NCBI GenBank assembly: GCA_002269645.1
Contig: NIVC01000416.1
Span: 372,001-436,000 of the forward strand
DNA length: 64,000 bases
Origin: Macrostomum lignano
Lineage: Eukaryota
Reading direction: 5' to 3'
The notes under the pieces were generated by a model that saw only the letters and a program-made list of their open reading frames with translations, had not been told where the DNA came from and did no database searches. This document shows positions 39,252 to 53,608 of this stretch, in pieces. Position numbers and translations under genes: made by a program. Position 1 is the stretch's first letter. Every line of letters begins with the position of its first letter.

Positions 39252-41991
39252 CTAGGCATTTCGCGAGGCGGCAGCTGCAGCCGCTTTGCTGCCAATAACG
39301 CTGCTCAGCTCCTCCTGTACTAGCCTCTGCGCCTCTCTGGTGTTCTTCGGCACAGAGGTGCGCATTGTCTCCACAATGCCGTTTAGGCCGTCAAAGTACA
39401 CCTGGATCATCTGCTGGCGCATGGAGGTCTCGGTTTCCTAGAAAGAGAAACAACAAATCAGATTAGGGCGACGGTAAAGTGTATTTTTATTTTTTATAAA
39501 TTAAAAACGAAACTGGGTGAACAACTAGCATGTGAAGTATAAAATATCTATATCAATATAAAATACTTTTATCTCTCAATCTAGAATACCCTAATCTCTA
39601 AATCTAGAATGATCCGATTACCCAATCTAGAATACCCTAATCTCTAAATCTAGAATGATCCGATTACCCAATCTAGAATACCCTAATCTCTAAATCTAGA
39701 ATGATCCGATTACCCAATCTAGAATACCCTAATCTCTAAATCTAGAATGATCCGATTACCCAATCTATAATACCCCAATCTCCTGACCAAGAATACCCCA
39801 GCAATTCAATCTAGAATACCCCATTCTCCTGACCAAGAATACCCCAGTACTTCAAATCTAGAATACCCTAATTTCCTAACCAAGAATACGCCAGCATTTC
39901 AATCTAGAATACCCCAATCTCCTAACCAAGAATACCCCAGTATTTCAATCTAGAATACCCCAATCTCCTAACCAAGAATACCCCAGTATTTCAAACTAGA
40001 ATACCCCAATCTCCTAACCAAGAATACCCCAGTATTTCAAACTAGAATACCCCAATCTCCTAACCAAGAATACCCCAGTATTTCAAACTAGAATATCCTA
40101 ATCTAACCAAGAATACGCCAGCATTTCAACCTAGAATACCACCCCAGACTCACCTCAATCATTCGGCCAATAGTGAAGATATGAGCCTGCATATCGGCCA
40201 CAGTGGCCTCCTTCTCCACCTGGCGGGTGAGACTGCCGCCAATGTCGAACTCGCCAGCGGCCGTGTCGGCAGTCCGCACCCACAGCATGGTAGTGGCGGT
40301 CAGTTTGTATTTGGCACTGCGGCCGCCAATTTTGTGAGCCACCTCCACAACATGAATAGAATCCCATTGGCCGCGTGTTCTAGCGGCGTCGCCGATCTTT
40401 TTAATTAGCACCACTCCGGCGAAGCCGTTGTCCATGTCCCACAGGTAGGCAGACGAGATGCCGCCGCCAAAGTACAAATCCTGGTATTGCTCCATCGCCG
40501 AATTCAAATCGATTTCAAGCGAACGGAGTCGATCTGATGGCACTGTGCCGTCCTCTAGCGGCGGGTCGTATCTGGGAGATATAGTTGATCAAGTTGATAT
40601 ATGCATTGATCGTGTATGCGAACATTGATAGCGCCCTGTCAAGGCTGCTTGCCAGGCATTTCGGTATCCCAACTTGCTCTTTGGAGATTTTGGTGGCAAG
40701 TAGTATCGATTGGTGGCAAGTATTGGTGGCAAGTACAATAAGTGTTTCTTATTGTATTTTTTTCAAAAGGGGATTCCTATGAACAGTTTTTCAATGCGAT
40801 ACCTCAATACTTAAGCCTTGTGGGCCTATTTCTTTATGAAGACGCATTTTTTACGCAGTGTTTGCTAGCAAAACTTTTGACAATGTAAATTTTAGAGCCT
40901 GTGAAGCTTTGAACTTGTGAAGATTCGAGATTTTTTGACAATTCCAACTTGTGAAGTTTCGAGATTGTGATAAATCGAGCTTGTGAAGTTGCGAGATTGT
41001 GAAGTTTTGAGGTTGTGAAGTTTTGAGATTGTGAAGATTAGAGATTGTGAAGTTTTGAGATTGTGAAGTTTTGAGATTGTGAAGATTAGAGATTGTGAAG
41101 TTTCGAGCTTGTGAAGAATCGAGCTTGTGAACAATCGAGCTTGTGATAAATCGAGCTTGTGAAGAATCGAGCTTGTGAAGAGTCGAGCTTGTGAAGAATC
41201 GAGCTTGTGAAGAGTCGAGCTTGTGAAGAATCGAGCTTGTGAACAATCCAACTTGTGAACAATCGAGCTTGTGAAGAGTCGAGCTTGTGAAGAGTCGAGC
41301 TTGTGAACAATCGAGCTTGTGAAGAATCGAGCTTGTGAAGAATCGAGCTTGTGAAGAGTCGAGCTTGTGAAGAGTCGAGCTTGTGAAGAGTCGAGCTTGT
41401 GAACAATTGAGCTTGTGAAGAATCGAGCTTGTGAAGAATCGAGCTTGTGAAGAATCGAGCTTGTGAAGAATCGAGCTTGTGAAGAGTCGAGCTTGTGAAG
41501 AGTCGAGCTTGTGAAGAGGCGAGCTTGTGAACAATCGAGCTTGTGAAGAGTCGAGCTTGTGAAGAGTCGAGCTTGTGAAGAGTCGAGCTTGTGAAGAATC
41601 GAGCTTGTGAAGAGTCGAGCTTGTGAAGAATCCAGCTTGTGAAGAATCGAGCTTGTGAACAATCGAACTTGTGAAAGATTCGTGTCTGACTTGTATGCAT
41701 CCGTGATTCCGTGTGCACAGATTTTCAGTTAGAAAACTAGCTAAAGCCTCACTTGTTACTCCAAGGCGACCTGTAGCTGTCAGCATCCCGATTGTAATCG
41801 CATAGCAAATAGTCTTTGTTGCAGGACGAATCTCTGGCAACTTTGAGCGGCTGATCAACAGAGCAGAGCAGATTCTCTGTCAGGTCCGGCACCAGGTCGA
41901 TCAGGTGAGCCAGATTGGCTTCGACCTCCTGTGGCGGCAGGCGGCGCATCATGTCCAGCGCGCAGTTTAGTCGGCGATCTCCGGCGTCCAT
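39252..41991 (-). CDS. CAPZB: F-actin capping protein beta subunit, 3 exons, 280 aa
   Basis: Exons 41753-41991, 40154-40571, 39252-39437 (GT-AG, phases match). Motifs [69 protein letters not shown]. Confidence 0.95.
39575..40140. repeat. Two related 46-bp minisatellites (CAPZB intron 2)
   Basis: CCAATCTAGAATACCCTAATCTCTAAATCTAGAATGATCCGATTAC then TCTAGAATACCCCAATCTCCTAACCAAGAATACCCCAGTATTTCAA. Confidence 0.9.
40885..41680. repeat. 16-bp minisatellite (CAPZB intron 1)
   Basis: TCGAGCTTGTGAAGA(G/A) tandem. Confidence 0.95.
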
Positions 41992-42306
41992 TGTGCTGCT
42001 TGCTTGCCAGATGGCTTAGCTAATTAGCTAGCAGAAAATTTTAATTAGCTCGCTTGATAAGAAACTAATGATAGTGAATAAATGTGATATTTAATTTAAT
42101 TGGTTTGTCACTAATTGAGGCTCAAACAAACTGGCAAACAACTCCAATTCAGCTTTATTTCAAATTATGCAGATAAGCCTACCTTTCATATCAAAGTAAA
42201 CATACCTTTTGTTTCAGGTAAGTTGCATTTTGATCAAAAAGTAAGTTGTACAGCTGGGTGAAATTTCGAAGTTGGGCATGTATAGTATGTGCATAGACCA
42301 TACATG

Positions 42307-42776
42307 TGCAACCTTAGGAATCACCTAGCCATTTCTATTGGCAACTCACACACACACACACACACATGTAAGCATACATGCGCAACAGTCGGCCGAGTCG
42401 GCCGATCCGGCCGACCGATTTGGCGGCCAACCAAGGAAGTCGCAAAAATGCCAACCCGAAAAAACACAGAGTAGTAGTACTAAGTAGCTGACGAGGCATT
42501 TTGGCTTTATAAGACAGTCATAGTTACTCCTGCCGTTTACCCAAAGTTGCGTTAATTTTGCTTTCGGGTTTTTTTACATGTAAGTCGCATTTTTGGCCAA
42601 AAACTACGTCGCATTTTTGTTAAAACTAAGTCGCATGGCCGACCGAAATTTGGAGGTTGCGCATGTATGCATGTAAGTTGCTATTGGCTAAGAGCAGTCA
42701 CGTGACTACTATTCTGTCCAATAGCAACTTAGATGTGTGTTGCCATTAGAGAAATGGCCAGGTAAATCCCTAGGTA
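42307..42776. mobile_element. Palindromic MITE interrupted by a second insertion
   Basis: Arms match the uninterrupted copy at 45379-45525; centre AGTCACGTGACT. Confidence 0.7.
42373..42669. mobile_element. hAT-type MITE, 297 bp, 14-bp TIRs, 8-bp TSD
   Basis: TIR CATACATGCGCAAC (42373-42386) and GTTGCGCATGTATG (42656-42669); direct repeat CATGTAAG at 42365-42372 and 42670-42677. Confidence 0.85.
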
Positions 42777-45378
42777 GTGCCCCAATATGGTATAGACTAA
42801 GCCTAGAAAAATAGGTAAAACTAGAAACCAATGAGAGGGGGGTAGATTAGGGCACAATATCTAGAATAACTAAATAGGCCACTCAGCACATTTGTATATA
42901 AACTACTTTCACTTTAGTAGTAAATTAGACAAGCATTTTAATGCATTTTTAAAGCCAATGCTTGTTTATTGGCTCTTATTCCTAGCCTACACCCCACCCA
43001 CACACCAAAATATTAAACATGTATACCCAAAGCCCAAAATCACTTTTTACTATAGATTAGGTCACAATAAAGATAATTTGCTTATTGATATACTATGTAG
43101 ACACTTTGTTAAGGCTATAGGGGGATTATAAATCTGAAAGGCATTATAGACAAAAAGGTAATTAGAAGTTAGTTTCAGTCTATACTTACCATTATATATG
43201 TTGGCATTTTGGTTCTTTGCATCTATGATTTGATAAACTCAAAATTTAAGTTTTGAGGTTTTTTTCTTTTGGCCTTAGCCTTTTTCTTTTTTTTATATTT
43301 TTTATTGTTAATCTCTCTCTAATTATAGCCGAAGGTCTCTTTAATTGTCTTAAATCATAATACTTGCTTATTGTTTGTTATGTGGCATCTAATGAATACA
43401 AAATCCTGAGTTTTGCCAATCCTAGGATTCATGGAAGTGGGATATCCTATACTTTGAAAATCCTAGGATTCTTGGGATCAGGATATCTGGGACTTTGCTA
43501 ATCCTAGGATCCCAACAAATTAGGAAAAATTTGATAATAAGGTTTCTAATTTTTTGGTGCAATTTTAGTTTATGAAGCCATTCAATACGATTTCAAAGGG
43601 CTTTCAATGATAAAAGTTTAACAGAATAAAATAATTTGCAAATAAGAAACTGACAGTAAGCTCTGAATTGGAGTGTGATAGATAGGCTGACATATTAGAT
43701 ATGCTTTTTTACATGCCAGTATCAGCTCAGGAAAATCCCAATTGATTGTCATATAACCTGGGGAACAATAGCTCACAGAGCTATGGCCCAAGGTATTGAT
43801 ACCAGGTTAGAAGGGGATTAGACCTCACCTTCCCAGGGGCACCCGCGCTAGATAGAGAATTGGTAGCTTTGGTTGTGGTCCAATAGCAAGGTCCTAACTC
43901 TCAACTGTTCTAATCCCAACTATAGCCAAGGAGTTTTGAAGGTAGGGACTATTAAAAATAGTTCTACCACCAACCCTATTCTGGGTATCTAAAAGGGTGT
44001 GCCTTGATAGTGCTAAGAATGAGGTCTTTTGCATAGGTTGCAAGGTTGAGACTTGAGACCCCTGACTTTAGCTAGGTTTGAGATAGAGGAAGAGTTCAAA
44101 TGAACAATGATTTGACTCCTATCTAGTAAGCTATAGCAGTGATAGAAACAATGAAGAATTGGCTTCAATTGCTTTAGGCTCTGTTCACAGGTTTTTGAAT
44201 ATTAATTACATTGGTCTGCGAGTAACATATGTATACAGCTGCATATACATTGTTACACCTAAAATCTCCTTATACAATCTGCCAACAGCTTCAGTTTTGT
44301 ATATATCATTGCAGCCTTAGGCTTCTTACTAGCTTGCATGCTTGCAAGATTATTAATCAAAGCAAGACAAATGAGTAATAATTTTCAACTGACAAAGCTT
44401 AGCTGCAGATACTACTTGAGAATGAATGATTAAATTATTGCAAAACAGGATTGAGATCCTAATGGTCAATCTCAGGACTTGGGTCTAAACCACAGATTTT
44501 GGGATCCTAAGATCCTAGGATTGTATTCCCTAGTAGCATCTCCAGTTCTCTTTCTCTATATTAACTAGGGCTTTTTATGATTGAAGTATATTTAAAATAG
44601 CAATGTCCTAGTTTTGACACTAGAGTCTAAATAAACAAGCTAAAACAAATTTATTAATGTATATTTAAGGTCTTAAGGTCGCAAAATAGCATTACCCAAC
44701 ATAATAATAGATGGCTTCTAGTTAATTCATCTATTGAAAACTGCAAAGTAAACAAAATGCCTTTTTCTTTTAAGACTATTTATCTATTAGGAAATAAGGA
44801 TAGAGAAAAGAGTGGGGTAGGATAGAGAATAGGATAAGGAGCATTTAAACAATGTCTTTGTTAATATTGTTGAAAATACTATGGGTTGCATCATTTTAAC
44901 AAACTATTCTATAATATATATTATATCTATAGAAAGAATAACAAACTTGACTTTTAGAAACTAATAGTAGAATGAAAACTATTGAAAATTTTCTAAAGAT
45001 TAAAAATATCAATAGATTGTCTTTCTTATTCAACAATTTTCAGATGTAAAACATATGTCATTTCAAATCTAAAGTTATCGCATACTGTGTCTCCCCCTTT
45101 TTAAATTCTTATCTTTATTTTCTAATAGAAAGAGAAAACTTTGTCTGCTCAGCAGATAAAATAACCGGTATTTTACTAAGGTAAAATTTATCCCAAAAAC
45201 AAATAATGTAGTTTGCATAAAAAGTAAAAATATTAAATGTGTGTATATAGAACTTTATTAAAATACAAAATAAATAAGGTATGGCTATGAGAGCTTTAGT
45301 AAATTAATATTGGTGCAAATATTACCATTGCTATATTTAATTAATAATGTCTCTGCAACTATGGCTATTATACATGTG

Positions 45379-45525
45379 TAACCTTCAGAATCACTTGGCC
45401 ACTTCTATTGGCAACCCACACATATATGTTGCTATTGGCTAAGAGTAGTCACGTGACTACTATTCCATCCAATAGCAACTTACATATGTGTTGCCAATAG
45501 AAATTGCCAGGTGAATCCCTAGGTT
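45379..45525. mobile_element. Palindromic (fold-back) MITE, uninterrupted copy
   Basis: About 145-bp imperfect palindrome ...CTATTGGCAAC...GTTGCTATTGG...AGTAGTCACGTGACTACT...CCAATAGCAAC...GTTGCCAATAG... Confidence 0.7.
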
Positions 45526-47674
45526 AGGCCCAAGCATGATGGCTATGCTTTTTAGGCAAAAAATTGACTGTTTTATATACTTTCTATATTGTTTGGATTG
45601 TTGATTTGTTTGGATCAAAAAAATATAGATAGTGATTGACAAACATGTGGTCATGCTGGGAAGCCACTGGTTGGGAAATGCAAGTTATAGGCTTATGCCT
45701 ACTAGCTATTGCCTGTTAGTCAAAATGTCCTAGCAACATATACTAGCTATTGCTAGGCCTAAATAATTGGCAGCACTGACTTAGCAGAGCTTAAGTACTT
45801 TCAATAAACTTGTTTTCATTCATTTGTAAAAAATCTTATGTCAAAATAACTTTATGTGTAGAACTAGAGGCCTAGGTAAGGGCCTAGGGAATAGGAAATT
45901 TAAAATTGAAAATTTAGAAAAATTTCCATTTTCTAAGATTTGAACAATTCTTATAAGAGTACTTATGACTATGTCCCTAAGCTGATGAACTAAAAATTTA
46001 AGGTATTAAGCAATACATCCCATTCCCAGGTTGGATTTTTTTACACAAGTGAGAAAATGGTACATGACTAAGATGGCCATAGCTTTAAATGTCTAAATCA
46101 AGAATGATAAGCCTATGACCTATGTTTATATATTTTAATTATTTCCTATTAATAGTACTTTGAATTAGACATAGATCTTCAAGTCTTAAAGAGATAGATG
46201 TTACAATGGAATGGAATTATATTATATTATATAGGCCTAATCATTCCCATTGGCTTCAGCTTTTATTAAGCCTATATCCTAGCCTTAGATATTTATCCTA
46301 GTGGGTCCATTGAGCAATGTGGAAAAGCAGAAAAATCAGAAATTGGTAAAAAGGGTAGCATTTTTTATTAGGAAAAACACTAAAAATGGAAGTTTTCATG
46401 GAATAAAGATGGAAAGGTTTAAAAGATTACAAAAATTTAAAGTTTTACTTCAAATTGACAAATAAATGTTTTTATCAGAGAATTGGTCAACATTGACAAA
46501 AGTTATATATATTTAACCAAAACAAAGTTGTTAATTTTACTGTTTTAATAGCTTAGGGGGTCCAAAAATGCTATAATCAGCTTCTCAAAGTGGGAAAAAT
46601 GCAAAAAAACATGAAAAAATAGTTTAACAAATGATTCAAGAAGAAAAGAATGCCAATTGATTAAATATGTTACATAATAATTAACATAATAATAGTAGAA
46701 AGAGAGAAGATATAATAGAGATTCAATGTTGTGGGTGGCCATCTTGGTTAGGCCTAGTCTTATACTGAATAAATAGGCCTAGGGCCTACCTAGGACTTAG
46801 GAGTTGCACTTTTGTGACTTGGTCTTCTATCTAGCAAAGATGGTCTATAGCAGTATAGGCCTACCTTGCAAAAATATAGGGGCCTACTCAAAATCATAAA
46901 TATTATATAGGCCTATAGCCACATGCCTAGGCTTCAATAACAGCAATAGAATTTTATAAAAATAGAAGTCAGATTAGACATTTTTATAAGCCCTGTATAT
47001 TCTAGAATTTAAAATAATTCTAATAGTTCCTGCATTGTAAAATTTTAGGCCGGTAGAGGGATTGATCTTAAAATAAAGACAGATTTTAAAACTTACGAAC
47101 GTGAAATTGTGACAGGTAAAAATTAACTGGACATACTACATAATCATAAACGATAAACCCAGTTACAACCATAAGCCATTTAGGGAATAGCATGAGATCA
47201 GAAAAGCGGAATTCACAGGTAATCAAAAAATGAATCACAATTTAGTCTATAATCATTTTTTACAGAATAGTAAATGAATTCTCTGTGATTTATTATAGTC
47301 CTTACTTTTTCCTCTAATCTTTAAATGCGTATAAAATATATTCTACTTGTTATAGGCCTACCTCAAATCGAACGGGAGCCCACTGGAAACATTTTCAAAT
47401 TTTAATTTTACTGGAAATATAATTAACGACTAAACTTTTAAGAATGACCGACATTAGCTGAGGCTCTGGGCCAGAAAAAAATGCTTAATAAATGGTGGCT
47501 ATAAATGACAATTTTAGATGATTAGACTAAATACAACCAACAACCCCACACGGCCCACAGTTCAAACAGATACAGGAATAACGGGGTGAAAGCTAATTTT
47601 ACTTGTAAAGTTGAGTGTTTCAACAACACAAAATTGATTTTCGCGCCACTTTTACATTGTTAGATAGTAAGAGT

Positions 47675-47748
47675 GCTGCGGGCCAGACTTCGTGGCCAGA
47701 TCTGGCCTGCCTGCAGCCTTCCTATAGGCCAGAGTTTGCCAACCCCTG
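47675..47748 (+). mobile_element. hAT-type right-end fragment
   Basis: GCGGGCCAGA...GGCCAGAGTTTGCCAACCCCTG; the matching left end was not located. Confidence 0.35.
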
Positions 47749-48485
47749 GTTTATAATGCTAAACTGCATGCTTAGCCTAACTTAACATTTTAACAATTAC
47801 ACTATGTAAATGTTAATTTAAGATATAGCCCATATATGTCTGTACATGATTCAGATGATTCTTTAAGTGTTGTGCTTTGTATTACGCTCTAACATATTAT
47901 TAAATCATGACAGAATGGCCATATGACATTGTCAAAAGGTCCAAACAATAAAATAGCCACATTAGAATTGATAAACAAAGCCTAATCATAGTATATGTAG
48001 GATTTTTGTTTGCATAGGCCTAGCAATTTTTGGCCATATAACCTAAATATAGGCCCTAAGCCTACCCAAATAACTTTTACTATACCTTTCCTAGCTAAGT
48101 TTTTTGTATCATTAGCAATTAGCATGCCATGACATGTCAAAATTAAAAAATGGCATAATGATTTTAATGCTGTTATGCCAAAATGACATGACAATTTTTT
48201 GCCATTATGCCATTGCTAAATTGCCAATGCTGAATTTCCAATTCCAAATTTCAATTTCGCTTTTAAATTTGTTCAAATATTACCTTGTTTGTTGTGATAG
48301 TTTCATGATGTTACAATCAATGGCAAGTTGCATTTCATCATTATACATTTTATACTAATGGCATGTTGAAATTAAAAATGGCATAACAATTTTGATTCCT
48401 TTATACTAAATGGCATAACAATTTTGATGAAAAAAACTCAGTGTCCTAGTCTAATAAACTGATGTGAAACCAATAGCTCTGTTGA

Positions 48486-48706
48486 ACCTGAAGGCTATTG
48501 ATTGTTCAGACCAAAACCTGGAGGTTACCACATGCACCCTTGATTTCCCCAGCCAATGCTGGCACCCATTTCACAGCTAGATATAACTAAAGAAATGCAG
48601 AATTAAGTGTCTTCTCAAGGATGCAAATTGTTCCAAGTGGGTCAAGAATCAAACTACTGACCTTTCAATTGTGAGTCAAATGCTCCAACCACTAGGCTAC
48701 AAACCC
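48486..48706 (-). mobile_element. tRNA-derived SINE, copy 2 (more diverged)
   Basis: Shares GCTGGCACCCATTT.ACAGCT, the CTGAAGGCT tail region and the A-box region (AACCACTAGGCTACAA) with the copy at 19900-20129. Confidence 0.6.
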
Positions 48707-48874
48707 TTATATACATGTAGATAGACAGATAGATATAAAAGTTCAACATGTCATGTTTATAGTACAATGCTATACAAAATACTAATCTATATTTGGGATA
48801 TTTGGCAACTGCATGGGAAATTAGTTTGTCTAACTGTCCCTTCTGAAACCCAAAAACTCCCCCTGGCTTGATGA

Positions 48875-50469
<1,595 letters not shown>

Positions 50470-50474
50470 ATCAT

Positions 50475-51345
50475 CATAGAGGGTAGCGGTGATTTTTAAA
50501 ACAATCATAGAAGGTAGCGGTGATTCTAGAAAGACCATAGAGAGTAGCGGTGATTCTAGAATCGTCATAAAGGGTGACGGTGATTTTAAAATGATCACAG
50601 AGGGTAGAGGTGATTCTAGTATGATCATAGAGGGTAGCAGTGAAATTCTAGAATGATCACAGAGGGTAGAGGTGATTCGGGTATGATAATAGAGGGTAGC
50701 AGTGATTCTAGAATGCTCATAGAGAGTGGTGATTCTGGTGTGATCATAGAACGTAGCGGTGATTCTGGTATGATCATAGAACGTAGCGGTGATTCTGGTA
50801 TGATCATAGATGGTAGCGGTGATTCTGGTATGATCATAGAGGGTAGCAATGATTCTAGAATGATCATAGAGAGTCTGGTGATTCTGGTATGATCATAGAG
50901 GGTAGAGGTGATTCTGGTATGATCATAGAGGGTAGAGGTGATTCTGGTATGATCATAGAGGGTAGCTGTAAGTCTATAATGATTATAGAGGGTAGAGGTG
51001 ATTCTGGTATGATCAGAGGGTAGCAGTGATTCTAGAATGATCATAGAGAGTCTGGTGATTCTGGTGTGATCATAGAAGGTAGATGTGATTCTAGAATGAT
51101 CATAGAGGGTAGTGGTGATTCTAGAATGATCATAGAGGATCTGGTGATTCTGGTATAATCATAGAGGTTAGAGGTGATTCTGGTATGATCATAGAGGGTA
51201 GAGGTGATTCTGGTATGATCACAGAGGGTAGCAGTGATTCTATAATGATTATAGAGGGTAGAGGTGATTCGGGTATGATCATAGAGTAGAGGGTAGCGGT
51301 GATTCTGGTATGATTTTAGATGGTAGTGGTGTTTCTAGAACCATC
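50475..51345. repeat. 30-bp minisatellite directly after the GOLPH3 stop codon
   Basis: GTGATTCTGGTATGATCATAGAGGGTAGAG tandem, diverged. Confidence 0.92.
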
Positions 51346-51997
51346 ATAGAGGCCAGAGGGCATTGGTCATTAGTTGATGAGCTATATTTACATATACTTC
51401 TATTTCAATAGTAATCCAGGAAGTTATTTGTAAACAATGTTTCTTCTGGTCACGCAACAGGTTGCATAGTGTTTTCGTCTTATGTATAAATACAATCTAT
51501 TTTAATTGTTTGAGTTGTCCTTTAATAATAAGATCGTGTATCTTCTGCGAGTTTTGATTGGTTATTAATCTGTAAATACAAGCGTACAGTCTAATTATGT
51601 ATGAGCAATATTAATAATCATTTGTTTAAATAAGCTCTCAAATTGGTTTGGATGGCTATATTTGAACTCTCCGATCCCTGTACATAATTTACATAGAAAT
51701 TATTGTCAGATGTTAAATCAATTGGTTGGCTCCTTTTTTCTGGTAATTTGGTATTAAACTATCATATTTTGGTGCATTGCTATAATGTTATCTTGTTATT
51801 TTTAAAGAAAATATGGTGTTTTGTTTTTATGTACTTCTACTGTTCTTACGAAATTATAATTTTCTAATCAGTTTTAATTTGTAGCAAACAAATACAACAA
51901 ATCAGAGAGTTTATTAACAATAATTTCTGCGCTTTCTGGAATATAAAAAGTAAAGACTTAGCTTTTAGAGTCCGCGTTTTTTTCAGTAATAATAATT

Positions 51998-52338
51998 CTG
52001 TGTGTCAGTGCCGCTAAACTGTGTGTCAGTGCTGCTAAACTGTGTCAGTGCTGCTAAACTGTGTGTCAGTGCTGCTAAACTGTGTGTCAGTGCCGCTAAA
52101 CTGTGTGTCAGTGCCGCTAAACTGTGTGTCAGTGCCGCTAAACTGTGTCAGTGCTGCTAAACTGTGTGTCAGTGCCGCTAAACTGTGTGTCAGTGCCGCT
52201 AAACTGTGTGTCAGTGCCGCTAAACTGTGTCAGTGCTGCTAAACTGTGTGTCAGTGCCGCTAAACTGTGTGTCAGTGCCGCTAAACTGTGTGTCAGTGCC
52301 GCTAAACTGTGTGTCAGTGCCGCTAAACTGTGTGTCAG
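51998..52338. repeat. 21-bp minisatellite
   Basis: GTGTGTCAGTGC(C/T)GCTAAACT tandem. Confidence 0.95.
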
Positions 52339-53608
52339 TTCCAAATTATATTTCTTCATACAATCCCAAGTTTTATTAATCCAGTTATTCCTAAACTGAC
52401 ATTGTCTAGGTAGGTAAAATGCTCTCGAGAAAAAAGCTAAAAAATTCTTTAATACAACGTACATTATATGTAGGGATCGACCAGTATTCAACCTTTATTG
52501 TACAGTAATTTCCTTCGTAATCATGCGATCTATACGTGCATACCGGCTGATGCGATGCCTATTTTTGGAGCCACCGAGCTGGGGAGCTAAACCACGGAAA
52601 TGCCACGGCCTCGCCGAGTAGCTGGGTAGCTAAACCACGGAAATACCACGGCATCGCCGCGGAAGAACATTCAAACAAGCATCTAATCTATACTGTTTAA
52701 CAAGTGGCAATTCCATGGGAAATCACAGGGCTGGCCGTGTGATGGCCTTCTGCCAGTATATTTCTTTGATTAATCTTGAATTAAATACAAGTATTTTCTC
52801 CTTCAAGTACGTGCTATATTGATCTAAAATAGTGTATTCTTCATTGTTGTCCTAATTCGCGGTTTTTTGGTAAGTTGATTATCTAATACCTTTTTTATAC
52901 TGTATCCTTGCTTAGGGCCAGTCTAATTTAGTACCGGATTAAGAACCTTCACTTCAATGGTAAAATTCGCACAGTTACTGCCATTTGAGCTTTATGTACG
53001 AATAATAATAATTAAGGCCGTACCCGTATAGTACGAGCTATATGGGCGTATTTATTAGATTTTTCAAGGTAAAATACTCAAAACTCTCATTCACGTTTTC
53101 CTACTGTATGTCAGCTGTCGAGGAAATTCCCACTTAAGTGTGCACTGGGCTTTGTACATGCTATCCCGTTTCTCCCGCGGTAATTCCGTGGCTATGCCGG
53201 CCCGGCCGGCCGCGGCTAATCTGTGGGAATTCCCCGAGAAAAATTGGCTTAAACAAATCGGTTCTTAAAATAAAGTGGTAGCATGACTCACCCTCCCATC
53301 TCATCTTTCAGTTTCCGACCTTTTACCTCTCACTTTCTAAGCTCACTTATCACTCATCCTAGAATCTCACTTTTCAGCTGAATTCAAGCTGTTCCGATCA
53401 ACATGCAATTCGGAAGTTGTCTACTGACGCTGTTTCTGATATTACATGCAATTGTCCGAGGGTAAGCTAATGAGCATTGACTACTGATTTACTTGAGTAG
53501 TAAGTAACATATGCGCATCGTAATTTACTGTTTGAAAACTTAATTCTATCACACAGAACCTCTGCCGGTATGCACTTTTGCCTGCCAAAAACAACTACCA
53601 CTATTGGC

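Noticed and set aside
40851-41858. 335-aa ORF in CAPZB intron 1
   Set aside because: It is a 16-bp minisatellite read-through.
43390-44533. hAT element ending in GATTGTATTCCCTA
   Set aside because: The right end looks TIR-like but the left end is too decayed to define boundaries or a TSD.
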